Positions 1 through 9,034 of a DNA stretch of 64,000 bases are shown one piece after another. Every line of letters starts with the position of its first letter. The first letter of the stretch is position 1. Source of the DNA: an uncultured Bacteroides sp. (GTDB taxonomy: Bacteria; Bacteroidota; Bacteroidia; Bacteroidales; SM23-62); contig CAYSJH010000008.1 in NCBI GenBank assembly GCA_964431315.1, forward strand, positions 17,561 through 81,560, given 5' to 3'. The notes beneath the pieces were generated by a model. The model did no database searches. It saw only the letters and a list, made by a program, of their open reading frames with translations, and was not told where the DNA came from. A program made the translations under genes and the position numbers.

Positions 1-663
1 GTCCAGGGATTCTCGAAGGATTCCCCCGCCGAGAAGGCCGGCCTCCTGCCGGAAGACCAGATCGTAGGCCTTAACGGTAAAGAAATAAAATTCTTTGATG
101 AGTTCCGGACAGAAATTGCCGGCAGGGCCAATGAGGAAGTCACCGTGAGCGTGCTGAGGAACGGGCAAAAGATGGACTTCAGCATGGTCACAACGGACAA
201 GGCTACCATAGGGGTCAGCGCCGTCGTGGATGCATCACGGTTTTTCGAACTGAAACGGGTGGAGTACAGCTTCCTGGAAGCCATTCCTGCAGGGATCAGC
301 AAGGGATTCAGCAGGGCCAAAAGCTACCTGAAACAGCTGAAACTCATTTTCAAACCAAAGACCAGGGCTTATGAATCGCTCGGCGGGTTCATCAAGATCG
401 GAAGTTTCTTTTCAACGGTGTGGGACTGGCGGTCCTTCTGGGAAATGACCGCCCTGCTGTCGATCATCCTGGCCATCATGAACCTTTTGCCGATCCCGGC
501 CCTGGACGGCGGACACGTGATGTTCCTGCTCTACGAGATCATCAGCGGCCGGAAACCGGGCGATAAATTCATGGAATATGCCCAGATTGCCGGCATGATC
601 ATTTTACTGATGTTACTGCTTTATGCCAACGGGAACGACGTGGTACAATTGTTCCGTAAATAA
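1..663 (+). CDS. rseP: Site-2 (M50) zinc metalloprotease RseP, C-terminal part; the 5' end lies upstream of the window
   Basis: Frame +1 is open from base 1 and continuous with the listed 145..663 ORF. The translation shows a PDZ-like stretch (GLLPEDQIVGLNGKEI), then the conserved M50 motif NLLPIPALDGGHV within hydrophobic helices. Confidence 0.85.
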   Translation, partial: VQGFSKDSPAEKAGLLPEDQIVGLNGKEIKFFDEFRTEIAGRANEEVTVSVLRNGQKMDFSMVTTDKATIGVSAVVDASRFFELKRVEYSFLEAIPAGISKGFSRAKSYLKQLKLIFKPKTRAYESLGGFIKIGSFFSTVWDWRSFWEMTALLSIILAIMNLLPIPALDGGHVMFLLYEIISGRKPGDKFMEYAQIAGMIILLMLLLYANGNDVVQLFRK

Positions 664-686
664 AGGGCTTATAACGAAATTTTGTG

Positions 687-694
687 TAGGTTTG
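687..694 (+). promoter_or_regulatory. Candidate Bacteroidota -7 promoter box (TAGGTTTG = TAnnTTTG) for tatA
   Basis: Exact match to the TAnnTTTG consensus, 24 nt upstream of the tatA ATG. No well-spaced -33 TTTG was seen. Confidence 0.35.
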
Positions 695-717
695 TACTCT
701 GATTTAATTAGGAAAAA

Positions 718-918
718 ATGGAACTTTTAATTATTCTTGGCATACCGGGACCATGGCAGATAATCCTGATCGTGCTCGTCGTGTTGCTTCTCTTCGGCGG
801 AAGGAAGATCCCGGAACTCATGAAGGGCCTTGGACAGGGAATGAAGGAATTCAAAAAAGCCACGAAAGACGAGACGGGCAAAGAAGAGGAAAAAGAAAAG
901 GAAATCGAAAAGGAATAA
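718..918 (+). CDS. tatA: Twin-arginine translocase subunit TatA/E
   Basis: 66 aa with one N-terminal TM helix followed by [23 protein letters not shown], the TatA amphipathic-helix signature, and a charged tail. Confidence 0.85.
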   Translation: MELLIILGIPGPWQIILIVLVVLLLFGGRKIPELMKGLGQGMKEFKKATKDETGKEEEKEKEIEKE

Positions 919-941
919 TCGTCTCCTATAATTGCTAATTA

Positions 942-984
942 CCTGTCATTCAATTCTTAAGAACTGAAACGGCAGGTTTTTTTT
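942..984 (+). terminator. Intrinsic terminator after tatA
   Basis: CCTGTC (942-947) pairs with GGCAGG (971-976, one G:U). The loop contains a near-palindrome around TTCTTAAGAA. It is followed directly by T8 (977-984). Confidence 0.6.
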
Positions 985-994
985 ATAGTTAAAA

Positions 995-2434
995 ATGAAG
1001 CCGTTCAGGTCACTTACCGATATCCAGCAGGCCTTATCATCCGGTAAAATTGATTTACCTGGCCTGGTCAGGTCCTACCTGGAAAGGATAAAGGAAAAAC
1101 AGCACCTGAATGCCTTCATTGAAGTATTCGGGGATGAAGCACTTGAAAGGGCGGCCTTGATCCAGGGCAGGATCAGCAGCGGAGAAGCAGGCAGGCTTGC
1201 CGGGATGGTAGTGGGACTGAAGGACAACATCTGTTACAAGGGCCACATCACCTCCGCCTCTTCCCGCTCCCTCGAAAATTACCGTTCCATTTACAATGCA
1301 ACCGCCGTCGAACGCCTGCTGAACGAGGATGCCATCATCATCGGGAGAACGGGTTGCGACGAATTTGCCATGGGAGGCACAAACGAAACTTCCTGTTACG
1401 GTCCCGTTCTGAACCCGCTCGATACCTCCAGGGTCCCCGGCGGTTCATCCGGCGGGTCTGCTGCCGCAGTGGCCGCAGATCTGTGCCTGGCTGCCATCGG
1501 CTCGGATACCGGCGGGTCCATACGGCAGCCGGCATCTTTCTGCGGACTGACGGGACTCAAACCGGGCTACGGCCGGGTCAGCAGGTACGGGCTGATCGCC
1601 TACGGGTCCTCCTTTGACCAGATCGGTCCCATTACCCATGGCATTCGGGATGCGGCACTCATCCTGGAAGTGATAGCCGGTCCGGACGAATACGACAGCA
1701 CTGCATCCGATGCACCCGTACCGGAATACTCAAAGATGCTGGAGGGAAAATCCCTGCCCGGGAAACTGGCCTACCTGAGTGAGCCTCTTAATCATCCGGG
1801 ACTGGACCCGGTTATCCGGAAACGCATGCTCGGGATCATCGGGAAGCTGCAGGCCGCAGGGATCCAGTCAGATCCTGTCTCCTTTCCCTACCTCGACTAC
1901 CTGGTGCCGGCCTATTATGTAATGGCTACCGCAGAGGCCTCTTCGAACCTTGCACGTTTCGACGGGATCCATTACGGCCATCGCAGCAGGCAGGCAGGCG
2001 ACCCGGAGAATACCTACATCAAATCCCGCAGCGAGGGATTCGGGACCGAAGTGAAACGAAGGATCATGACCGGGACTTTCGTACTCAGCACCGGTTATTA
2101 TGATGCCTATTACGGCAGGGCGCAGAGGGCCAGGAGGCTGATCTACAATAAAACCATGGAAATTCTTGCAGAATATCCTTTTATCCTGCTGCCGACCACG
2201 CCCAGGCCTGCCTTCATAAGCGGAACCATGGGGGATGACCCGGTCGCTTTGTACCTTGAGGACATTTTTACCATTCACGCCAATCTCACCGGGATCCCTG
2301 CCGTATCCCTCCCGCTGGGAAAACATCCCAACGGAATGCCGTTTGGTGTGCAGGTGATGAGTGCCGGGCTCAGCGAGGCAAAACTCCTGGCTTTTTCAGA
2401 ATATATGATGGATAGTTTTTTATCTTTGGATTAA
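995..2434 (+). CDS. gatA: Glu-tRNA(Gln)/Asp-tRNA(Asn) amidotransferase subunit A
   Basis: 479 aa with the amidase signature GGSSGGSAAAVA ... GSDTGGSIRQPASFCG. Length and overall sequence are typical of GatA. Confidence 0.93.
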   Translation: MKPFRSLTDIQQALSSGKIDLPGLVRSYLERIKEKQHLNAFIEVFGDEALERAALIQGRISSGEAGRLAGMVVGLKDNICYKGHITSASSRSLENYRSIYNATAVERLLNEDAIIIGRTGCDEFAMGGTNETSCYGPVLNPLDTSRVPGGSSGGSAAAVAADLCLAAIGSDTGGSIRQPASFCGLTGLKPGYGRVSRYGLIAYGSSFDQIGPITHGIRDAALILEVIAGPDEYDSTASDAPVPEYSKMLEGKSLPGKLAYLSEPLNHPGLDPVIRKRMLGIIGKLQAAGIQSDPVSFPYLDYLVPAYYVMATAEASSNLARFDGIHYGHRSRQAGDPENTYIKSRSEGFGTEVKRRIMTGTFVLSTGYYDAYYGRAQRARRLIYNKTMEILAEYPFILLPTTPRPAFISGTMGDDPVALYLEDIFTIHANLTGIPAVSLPLGKHPNGMPFGVQVMSAGLSEAKLLAFSEYMMDSFLSLD

Positions 2435-2445
2435 TTAAGTCCCCC

Positions 2446-3444
2446 ATGAACCTGAAAATCAATTCCCGCCTGCTGGCCAGCCTTCTGGCAATCCTGGTTC
2501 TCGCATCCTGTCTTAATAAGGACAGAAAAGGCATAAAACCCGTCGTGACGGGCAAACCCGGCGAGGTTCTACTGGTGATCGATCCTTACCTGTGGGAATC
2601 ATCCGTCGGTGAATTCTTCACGGATCTCTTCTCCCAGCCGTTTGAAGCCCTGCCGGTTGATGAACCCATTTACGACCTGATACACATTCCTTCAAACGCT
2701 TTCAACAAGCTCTTCAATTCCCAACGCAATATTTTCCTGGTCAAAATCTCCGGCGAGTACAAGGAACCGAAGATCATCGTACAACGGGACCTCTGGGCCT
2801 ATCCCCAGCTGGTGGTAAATATTGTTGGTCCCAATGACACAAGCATTGTCCGCTACCTGGAACAGAACGGGGAACGGCTGATCAGCCTCCTTGATACGGA
2901 CGAACGCAACCGGACCATCCAGAATTACTCGAAAAACCTGGCCAGGGGGATCGATGAGGTGCTCAAGGCCGAACACGGAGTTTCCATTTCCGTACCCGCA
3001 GGCTATGAAATGGATGTGGACAGTGCCGATTTCATCTGGCTGTCACACGAGATGGCCGATGTGAGCCAGGATGTAATCATCTATTTTTACCCCTATACCG
3101 ACCCCAACACCTTTACCCCTGAATACCTCGTAGCAAAGCGGGATGAATTCACCCGGCTGCACGTTCCCGGTCCCACTCCGGGTTCCTACATGAAAACCGA
3201 GACCTCCTACCCGGTCATTTTCCGGGAACTCGTAAAAGACGGAAAATACATCGCGGAAGTCAGGGGACTCTGGAAACTTAAAAAGGCTTTTATGGGAGGG
3301 CCTTTTATCAGCCATACCATGCTTGATGAGAAAAACAACAGGGTGGTCACGGTGGACGGGTTCGTATATGCACCAAGACTCGACAAGCGCAATTATGTGC
3401 GGGAACTGGAGGCGATCCTTCAAACATTCAGGGTGGTGGACTAG
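2446..3444 (+). CDS. Hypothetical lipoprotein (DUF4837-like by recollection)
   Basis: 332-aa ORF with a lipoprotein signal (LAILVLASC). No catalytic motif recognised. The family name comes from memory only. Confidence 0.7.
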   Translation: MNLKINSRLLASLLAILVLASCLNKDRKGIKPVVTGKPGEVLLVIDPYLWESSVGEFFTDLFSQPFEALPVDEPIYDLIHIPSNAFNKLFNSQRNIFLVKISGEYKEPKIIVQRDLWAYPQLVVNIVGPNDTSIVRYLEQNGERLISLLDTDERNRTIQNYSKNLARGIDEVLKAEHGVSISVPAGYEMDVDSADFIWLSHEMADVSQDVIIYFYPYTDPNTFTPEYLVAKRDEFTRLHVPGPTPGSYMKTETSYPVIFRELVKDGKYIAEVRGLWKLKKAFMGGPFISHTMLDEKNNRVVTVDGFVYAPRLDKRNYVRELEAILQTFRVVD

Positions 3445-3469
3445 AGGCTAAAATGCTTATCTTTGGTCC

Positions 3470-4903
3470 ATGAAAATAACCAAGACCGACGGCATCGCAT
3501 CGAAGGAAAGCGTCATACTCCTTGCAAAAAAGAACAGTTCGTTTGCCCCCTGGCTAAAATCCAAACAGGACAGGGATTACCTGAAATTTTGCCTGGAGCA
3601 GGATAAAAAACAGTTCCTGTTCAATCATTATCCGCGCTGGATCCTGGTCAACCTGATAGACGAAGAAAAAACGGGGAATGAATCGCTGGAGGAAACCCGG
3701 AGAGGGGCCAGGATCATTGCCGACCTGGTCAATTCCCGCAAGATCTCTGCCCTTACACTTGTTGCACTCGACGGGGCGACGGATCATCTGCTGGCCTTTG
3801 CAGAGGGCATGGCCCTGGGCAATTACCAGTTCAACAAGTACCTCAGCAAGAAGGAAGAAAAGAAAAATTCCCTCAAATCACTTAAAATCCTTTCTTCGGA
3901 CATCCCGAAAAAGAAAGTGGACGAGATCGACCGGCTCTGCAGGGCGGTCTGCTGGGCACGCGACCTGGTGAACGAACCTCTGTCCACCCTTAACGCCGTT
4001 GAATTATCCAGACAAATTACCCGGATGGGAGTTGAGGCCGGCTTCGGGGTGGAGGTCTTCCACAAGAAGAAAATCGAATCCCTGCGCATGGGCGGCCTGC
4101 TTGCAGTCAATAAGGGCAGCCTCGATCCGCCGACCTTTTCAATCCTCACCTGGAAACCGGAAAAAGCGAAAAACAAGAAACCCTACGTACTGGTCGGGAA
4201 AGGCGTTGTGTATGATACGGGGGGACTGAGCCTGAAGCCGACCCTGGACAGCATGGATTACATGAAGTGCGATATGGCCGGTGCGGCTACGGTAGCCGCC
4301 ACCATTTACGCACTGGCCAGGAACAGGGTGCCCGTGCATGTAGTGGGACTCATACCTGCAACGGATAACCGTCCCGACGGCAATGCCTATGTCCCCGGCG
4401 ACGTGATCCGTATGTTCAACGGATCAACCGTGGAAGTCCTCAACACGGATGCCGAAGGCCGGATGATCCTGGCAGATGCCCTGGCCTGGGCCGACAGGCT
4501 GAAACCCACACTTGTCGTCAATGTGGCCACACTGACGGGTGCGGCACATATGGCCATCGGCAAATACGGGATCGTGGCCATGGGAAATGCCGGCAGGCCG
4601 GAAATGGAAAAACTGAAGGAAAGCGGGGAGACCGTTTCTGAACGGATCGCAGAATTCCCTTTCTGGGAGGATTACGACGAACTTTTAAAATCCGATGTTG
4701 CAGACCTGAAGAACATCGGGGGAAAATATGCAGGCGCCATAACGGCCGGAAAATTTCTCGAGCATTTTACCGAAAGCCCCTTCATCCACATGGATATTGC
4801 CGGTCCCGCTTTCAACAAGACGCGGGACAGCTACCGGGGCAAAGGGGGCAGCGGTATCGGCGTGAGGCTGTTGTACGATTTCCTTAAAAAGCAGCAGAAA
4901 TGA
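3470..4903 (+). CDS. pepA: M17 leucyl aminopeptidase
   Basis: VGKGVVYDTGGLSLKP and the M17 signature NTDAEGRMILADAL are present; 477 aa. Confidence 0.9.
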   Translation: MKITKTDGIASKESVILLAKKNSSFAPWLKSKQDRDYLKFCLEQDKKQFLFNHYPRWILVNLIDEEKTGNESLEETRRGARIIADLVNSRKISALTLVALDGATDHLLAFAEGMALGNYQFNKYLSKKEEKKNSLKSLKILSSDIPKKKVDEIDRLCRAVCWARDLVNEPLSTLNAVELSRQITRMGVEAGFGVEVFHKKKIESLRMGGLLAVNKGSLDPPTFSILTWKPEKAKNKKPYVLVGKGVVYDTGGLSLKPTLDSMDYMKCDMAGAATVAATIYALARNRVPVHVVGLIPATDNRPDGNAYVPGDVIRMFNGSTVEVLNTDAEGRMILADALAWADRLKPTLVVNVATLTGAAHMAIGKYGIVAMGNAGRPEMEKLKESGETVSERIAEFPFWEDYDELLKSDVADLKNIGGKYAGAITAGKFLEHFTESPFIHMDIAGPAFNKTRDSYRGKGGSGIGVRLLYDFLKKQQK

Positions 4904-5943
4904 TCAGGATCGGCATAACGCACGGGGACATCAACGGGATCGGCTATGAGATCATCATGAAAACCCTGCTCGACCAGAGAATTTTTGATTTCTGCACACC
5001 CATTCTTTACGGATCGCCCAAAGTGGCCGCATACCACCGTAAAGCCCTGGATATCGAAACCCTGAATTTCCATAGCGTCCGTTCCCCGGAAGAGGCCCAG
5101 CCCAGGAAAGCCAGCATCATCAACTGCGCCGACGATGAGATCCGCGTGGAGCTTGGCAAGTCCACCCCGGCAGCCGGAGAAGCCGCAAGGGCCGCACTTA
5201 TGAGGGCGGTGGAAGACCTGAAGAACAACCGCATACAGGCCCTTGTCACCGCCCCGATAAACAAGCATAACATCCGTTCCGATGACTTCCGGTACACGGG
5301 GCACACGGAATTCCTGCAGGATTATTTCGATGCGGAGGAATCGCTCATGCTGATGGCATCCGCCCTGCTAAAGGTAGGCCTGGTGAGTACCCATATACCC
5401 ATAGCGGAGGTCCCCGGATTCCTGACCCGCGAAGAGATCAGCCGCAAAATGAGGCTGCTCGACGATTCGCTGAAGCGTGATTTTGGTATTCGCAAGCCGA
5501 GGATTGCCGTACTGGGACTGAACCCGCATGCCGGAGAAGAGGGGATCCTCGGAACGGATGAAACGGAAAAGATCATCCCGGCCATCCGGGAGTGCAGGGA
5601 AAATGGCATGGTGGCCTTCGGTCCCTTTCCGGCGGACGGATTCTTTGGATCGGGAGATTTCAGCCGCTTCGACGGGATCCTGGCCATGTATCATGACCAG
5701 GGACTGATCCCCTTTAAGACCCTGGTGCCCGATGAAGGGGTTAATTATACCGCAGGCCTCCCGATCATCCGGACTTCACCGGCCCATGGGACGGCTTATG
5801 AGATCGCTGGAACCAACCAGGCACGTTTCGGTTCCTTCCGCCAGGCCCTCTACATGGCCTGTGATATTTTCATGAACCGGCAGCTTTTCAGTGAAATGTC
5901 AAAGAATCCCCTTCCCCAGAAAGACCTTTCGGAACTTCAATAG
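4900..5943 (+). CDS. pdxA: 4-hydroxythreonine-4-phosphate dehydrogenase
   Basis: 347 aa. ATGA overlap with the pepA stop. PdxA blocks are present: TAPINK, GHTEFL, GLNPHAGE, TSPAHGTAYEIAG. Confidence 0.9.
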   Translation: MIRIGITHGDINGIGYEIIMKTLLDQRIFDFCTPILYGSPKVAAYHRKALDIETLNFHSVRSPEEAQPRKASIINCADDEIRVELGKSTPAAGEAARAALMRAVEDLKNNRIQALVTAPINKHNIRSDDFRYTGHTEFLQDYFDAEESLMLMASALLKVGLVSTHIPIAEVPGFLTREEISRKMRLLDDSLKRDFGIRKPRIAVLGLNPHAGEEGILGTDETEKIIPAIRECRENGMVAFGPFPADGFFGSGDFSRFDGILAMYHDQGLIPFKTLVPDEGVNYTAGLPIIRTSPAHGTAYEIAGTNQARFGSFRQALYMACDIFMNRQLFSEMSKNPLPQKDLSELQ

Positions 5944-6020
5944 GGAAGTCCCTGCTTAAAAACATAGGGATTTATTTCACGACGGCTCATCCGAAAACCC
6001 CTGCATAGCAGGATTATGAT

Positions 6021-6028
6021 TAGCTTTG
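6021..6028 (+). promoter_or_regulatory. Candidate -7 promoter box (TAGCTTTG) for maeB
   Basis: Exact TAnnTTTG match, 28 nt upstream of ATG 6056. It overlaps the alternative TTG start at 6026 by three bases (6026-6028), which argues against that start. Confidence 0.4.
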
Positions 6029-6055
6029 TTTTGTATTCCCAAAAATCTTTGCACC

Positions 6056-8332
6056 ATGGATAAATTCACCAAAGAAGATGCCCTGAACTACCATTCAGAA
6101 GGCAGGCCAGGAAAAATTGAAGTTATCCCGACCAAACCCCACAGTACCCAGTGGGACCTGTCACTTGCCTATTCCCCGGGCGTGGCGGAACCCTGCCTGG
6201 AAATCGAGAAAAATCCCGAGGATGTATTCAAATACACCGCCAAGGGGAACCTGGTGGCAGTGATTTCAAACGGTACGGCGGTACTGGGACTCGGAGACAT
6301 CGGGGCCCTTGCCGGGAAACCGGTGATGGAAGGAAAGGGACTTCTTTTCAAGATCTTTGCGGATGTTGACGTCTTCGACATCGAGATCAATGAAAAGGAT
6401 GTGGACCGGTTCATCGAGCATGTAAAGGCCATATCCCCCACCTTCGGAGGGATCAACCTGGAAGACATCAAGGCACCGGAATGCTTCGAGATCGAACAAA
6501 GGCTCATCCGGGAACTGGACATCCCGGTTTTCCACGACGACCAGCATGGTACGGCGATCATTTCCGGGGCGGGACTTCTGAATGCACTCGAACTGACCGG
6601 CAAAAAGATCGGCGAGGTGAAGGTGGTGGTGAACGGTGCCGGCGCATCGGCCATTTCCTGTACCAAACTCTATCTTGCCATGGGGGTGAAAAAAGAGAAT
6701 GTGATCATGCTCGACAGCAAGGGAGTGCTGAACACCAGAAGAACGGACCTGAACAAATACAAACAGCAATTTGTGGTGGATACGGAAAAGGAAACCCTGG
6801 CTGATGCCATGGTGGGAGCGGATGTGTTCCTCGGGCTCTCGAAGGCCGATGTGATGACACCGGAAATGCTCAAAACCATGGCCCCCGATCCCATTGTCTT
6901 TGCCATGGCCAACCCGAATCCCGAGATCTCCTACGAAAAGGCGATGTCGGCAAGGAATGACCTGATTTTTGCAACGGGCCGGTCGGATTATCCCAACCAG
7001 ATCAATAATGTACTCGGCTTCCCCTATATTTTCAGGGGGGCCCTCGATGTCAGGGCAACCGTAATCAACGAGGAAATGAAGATCGCCGCGGTAAAGGCCC
7101 TTGCCGAGCTTGCCAAGGAAGATGTGCCGGAAACCGTCAGCATGGCCTACAAGGAAAAGAACATTATGTTCGGCCGCCAGTACATCATCCCTAAACCCCT
7201 GGACCCCAGGCTGATCGCCAGGGTCGCCCCGGCAGTTGCAAAAGCCGCAATCGATACCGGTGTGGACCGGCTCAAAATAAGCGACTGGAATGCCTACCGT
7301 GAGAGCCTTAACCACCGGCTGGGACTGGACAGCAAGCTGATCAGCGCGATCCGCTCCAAGGCCCAGAGCGATCCGAAACGGGTGGTTTTTGCCGAGGCGG
7401 AGGACTTCAAGATCCTCAAGGCAGCCCAGACGGTAATCCACCAGGGCATAGCGGAACCCATACTTCTTGGCAACCGGCAGAAGATCAAAAAAATGATCCG
7501 GGAGAATAACCTCGATCTGGAGGAAGTACCCATCCTGGATCCGTTTGGCGAGGAGGAAGCAGACCTCAGGAATGAATTTGCCAGGATACTGGCGGAAAGA
7601 CGGCAGAGAAAGGGACTCACCCTTGACGAGGCCGTCGAGCTGATGTTCCAGCGAAATTATTTCGGGAACATGATGGTTGAAACGGAACAGGCGGATGCCT
7701 TTCTCAGCGGCCTGACCAGTAAATATTCGGATACCATCAGGCCTGCACTGCAGATCATCGGGGCCAATAATCCCCAGAGGATCATTGCCGGCATGTACAT
7801 CCTGATGACCAAGAAGGGTCCCATGTTCTTCGCCGACACAACGGTGAACATACAGCCGGAAACCAGTACCCTGGTTGAAACCACCCTGCTGGTGGCAAGG
7901 GAAGTCCGGAAATTCAACATCGAGCCCCACATCGCCGTGCTTTCCTATTCCAATTTCGGGAACATCCGGACCGGGAGCCCGGGCCGGGCACACGATGCCG
8001 TGGAGATCCTGCACCGGGACCACCCCGATCTGATCGTTGACGGGGAGATCCAGGCCAATTTTGCCATTAACCGGGAACTCCGGATGAAAAGGTTCCCCTT
8101 TACCAAGCTCCAGGATAAGGAGGTCAATACCCTGATCTTCCCCAGCCTGAGCTCGGGGAACATCGCCTATAAACTGATGCAGGAACTGGCCGGCATGGAG
8201 GTGATCGGTCCCATTCTTATCGGGATCCGCAAACCCATCCACGTGCTTCACCTGGACAGCTCCGTACGCGAGATCCTTAACATGACCGCCATCGCCGTGG
8301 TCGATGCCCAGGGCGTGGCGGCACGCAAATGA
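6056..8332 (+). CDS. maeB: NADP-dependent malic enzyme with C-terminal phosphate-acetyltransferase-like domain
   Basis: Malic enzyme N-terminal and NAD(P)-binding region ([10 protein letters not shown]) plus a ~330-aa PTA-like C-terminal domain. The ORF track starts at 6026; ATG 6056 ([10 protein letters not shown]) is preferred because of the promoter box. Confidence 0.9.
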   Translation: MDKFTKEDALNYHSEGRPGKIEVIPTKPHSTQWDLSLAYSPGVAEPCLEIEKNPEDVFKYTAKGNLVAVISNGTAVLGLGDIGALAGKPVMEGKGLLFKIFADVDVFDIEINEKDVDRFIEHVKAISPTFGGINLEDIKAPECFEIEQRLIRELDIPVFHDDQHGTAIISGAGLLNALELTGKKIGEVKVVVNGAGASAISCTKLYLAMGVKKENVIMLDSKGVLNTRRTDLNKYKQQFVVDTEKETLADAMVGADVFLGLSKADVMTPEMLKTMAPDPIVFAMANPNPEISYEKAMSARNDLIFATGRSDYPNQINNVLGFPYIFRGALDVRATVINEEMKIAAVKALAELAKEDVPETVSMAYKEKNIMFGRQYIIPKPLDPRLIARVAPAVAKAAIDTGVDRLKISDWNAYRESLNHRLGLDSKLISAIRSKAQSDPKRVVFAEAEDFKILKAAQTVIHQGIAEPILLGNRQKIKKMIRENNLDLEEVPILDPFGEEEADLRNEFARILAERRQRKGLTLDEAVELMFQRNYFGNMMVETEQADAFLSGLTSKYSDTIRPALQIIGANNPQRIIAGMYILMTKKGPMFFADTTVNIQPETSTLVETTLLVAREVRKFNIEPHIAVLSYSNFGNIRTGSPGRAHDAVEILHRDHPDLIVDGEIQANFAINRELRMKRFPFTKLQDKEVNTLIFPSLSSGNIAYKLMQELAGMEVIGPILIGIRKPIHVLHLDSSVREILNMTAIAVVDAQGVAARK

Positions 8333-8344
8333 CCACCCCCCGGA

Positions 8345-8383
8345 GTTAATATCGGTTGTTCTTCAGAATCAACCGATATTAAC
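8345..8383 (+). terminator. 14-bp perfect hairpin after maeB (terminator candidate)
   Basis: GTTAATATCGGTTG (8345-8358) pairs with CAACCGATATTAAC (8370-8383) around an 11-nt loop. The following T tract is poor (CATTTACTT). Confidence 0.45.
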
Positions 8384-8426
8384 CATTTACTTATTATATT
8401 AGGGGTGTTTACCTAAGACACCGACC

Positions 8427-9008
8427 ATGTACGAATTCATCACGGGGGACATCGTTGAACGGACTCCCTCATACGTTGTCCTCGAGACGGGAAATGTGGG
8501 GTATTACATCAACATCTCCCTGTATACCTACACCCTGCTGCCCGGCCAGAATCCCTGCCAGCTGTTCATTCACCAGATCGTCCGCGAAGACGCCCATATT
8601 CTTTTTGGTTTCATCAACCGGGAAGAAAGGGAAGTATTCCGGCAGCTGATCTCCGTTTCGGGCATCGGTGCCAATACGGCAAGGCTTATCCTGTCTTCCC
8701 TCGGTCCCATTGAAACCGAACAGGCCATCAATGAAAGCAATGTGGCCATCCTGCAGAGCATCAAAGGGATCGGGGCGAAATCCGCACAGCGGATTATCGT
8801 CGATCTGAAAGGGAAGATCCGGACGGCGGTTGAAACAGGTCATTTATTCCCCGAACAGAGCAATACTCTGCGAGATGAAGCGTTATCTGCTTTAGTTAAT
8901 CTTGGTTTTGCAAGAAAGACGGTTGAGAAGGTTCTCGAACAGATCCTCAGGGAAAATAATGAGTTGGGCATGGAAGAGCTTATCAAGGAGGCCCTGAAAA
9001 AGCTGTAG
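8427..9008 (+). CDS. ruvA: Holliday junction branch migration complex subunit RuvA
   Basis: 193 aa. OB-fold N-terminus and two helix-hairpin-helix motifs (VSGIGANTARLIL, IKGIGAKSAQRIIVDLKGK). Confidence 0.9.
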   Translation: MYEFITGDIVERTPSYVVLETGNVGYYINISLYTYTLLPGQNPCQLFIHQIVREDAHILFGFINREEREVFRQLISVSGIGANTARLILSSLGPIETEQAINESNVAILQSIKGIGAKSAQRIIVDLKGKIRTAVETGHLFPEQSNTLRDEALSALVNLGFARKTVEKVLEQILRENNELGMEELIKEALKKL

Positions 9009-9034
9009 TATAACTGACCACTATCCGCCTGTTT

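Noticed and set aside
753-938. 61-aa ORF overlapping tatA in another frame
   Set aside because: The Arg/Gly-rich product is a frame-shifted shadow of the charged TatA tail. TatA itself carries the diagnostic motif.
6026-6055. Upstream start (MFCIPKNLCT...) for maeB, and likewise 50131-50157 for the SDR gene
   Set aside because: An exact TAnnTTTG box (6021-6028) overlaps the first codon of the upstream maeB start. For the SDR, ATG 50130 gives the canonical MKGKVVLVTGG N-terminus. The extensions add non-conserved residues.
6266-8251. 661-aa minus-strand ORF, the longest non-annotated ORF in the track
   Set aside because: It lies entirely antisense to maeB, whose translation has clear malic-enzyme and PTA-domain motifs. 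Its own translation is G/P/R/H/D-rich with no family resemblance. Long antisense frames are expected when the sense strand avoids TTA, CTA and TCA codons.
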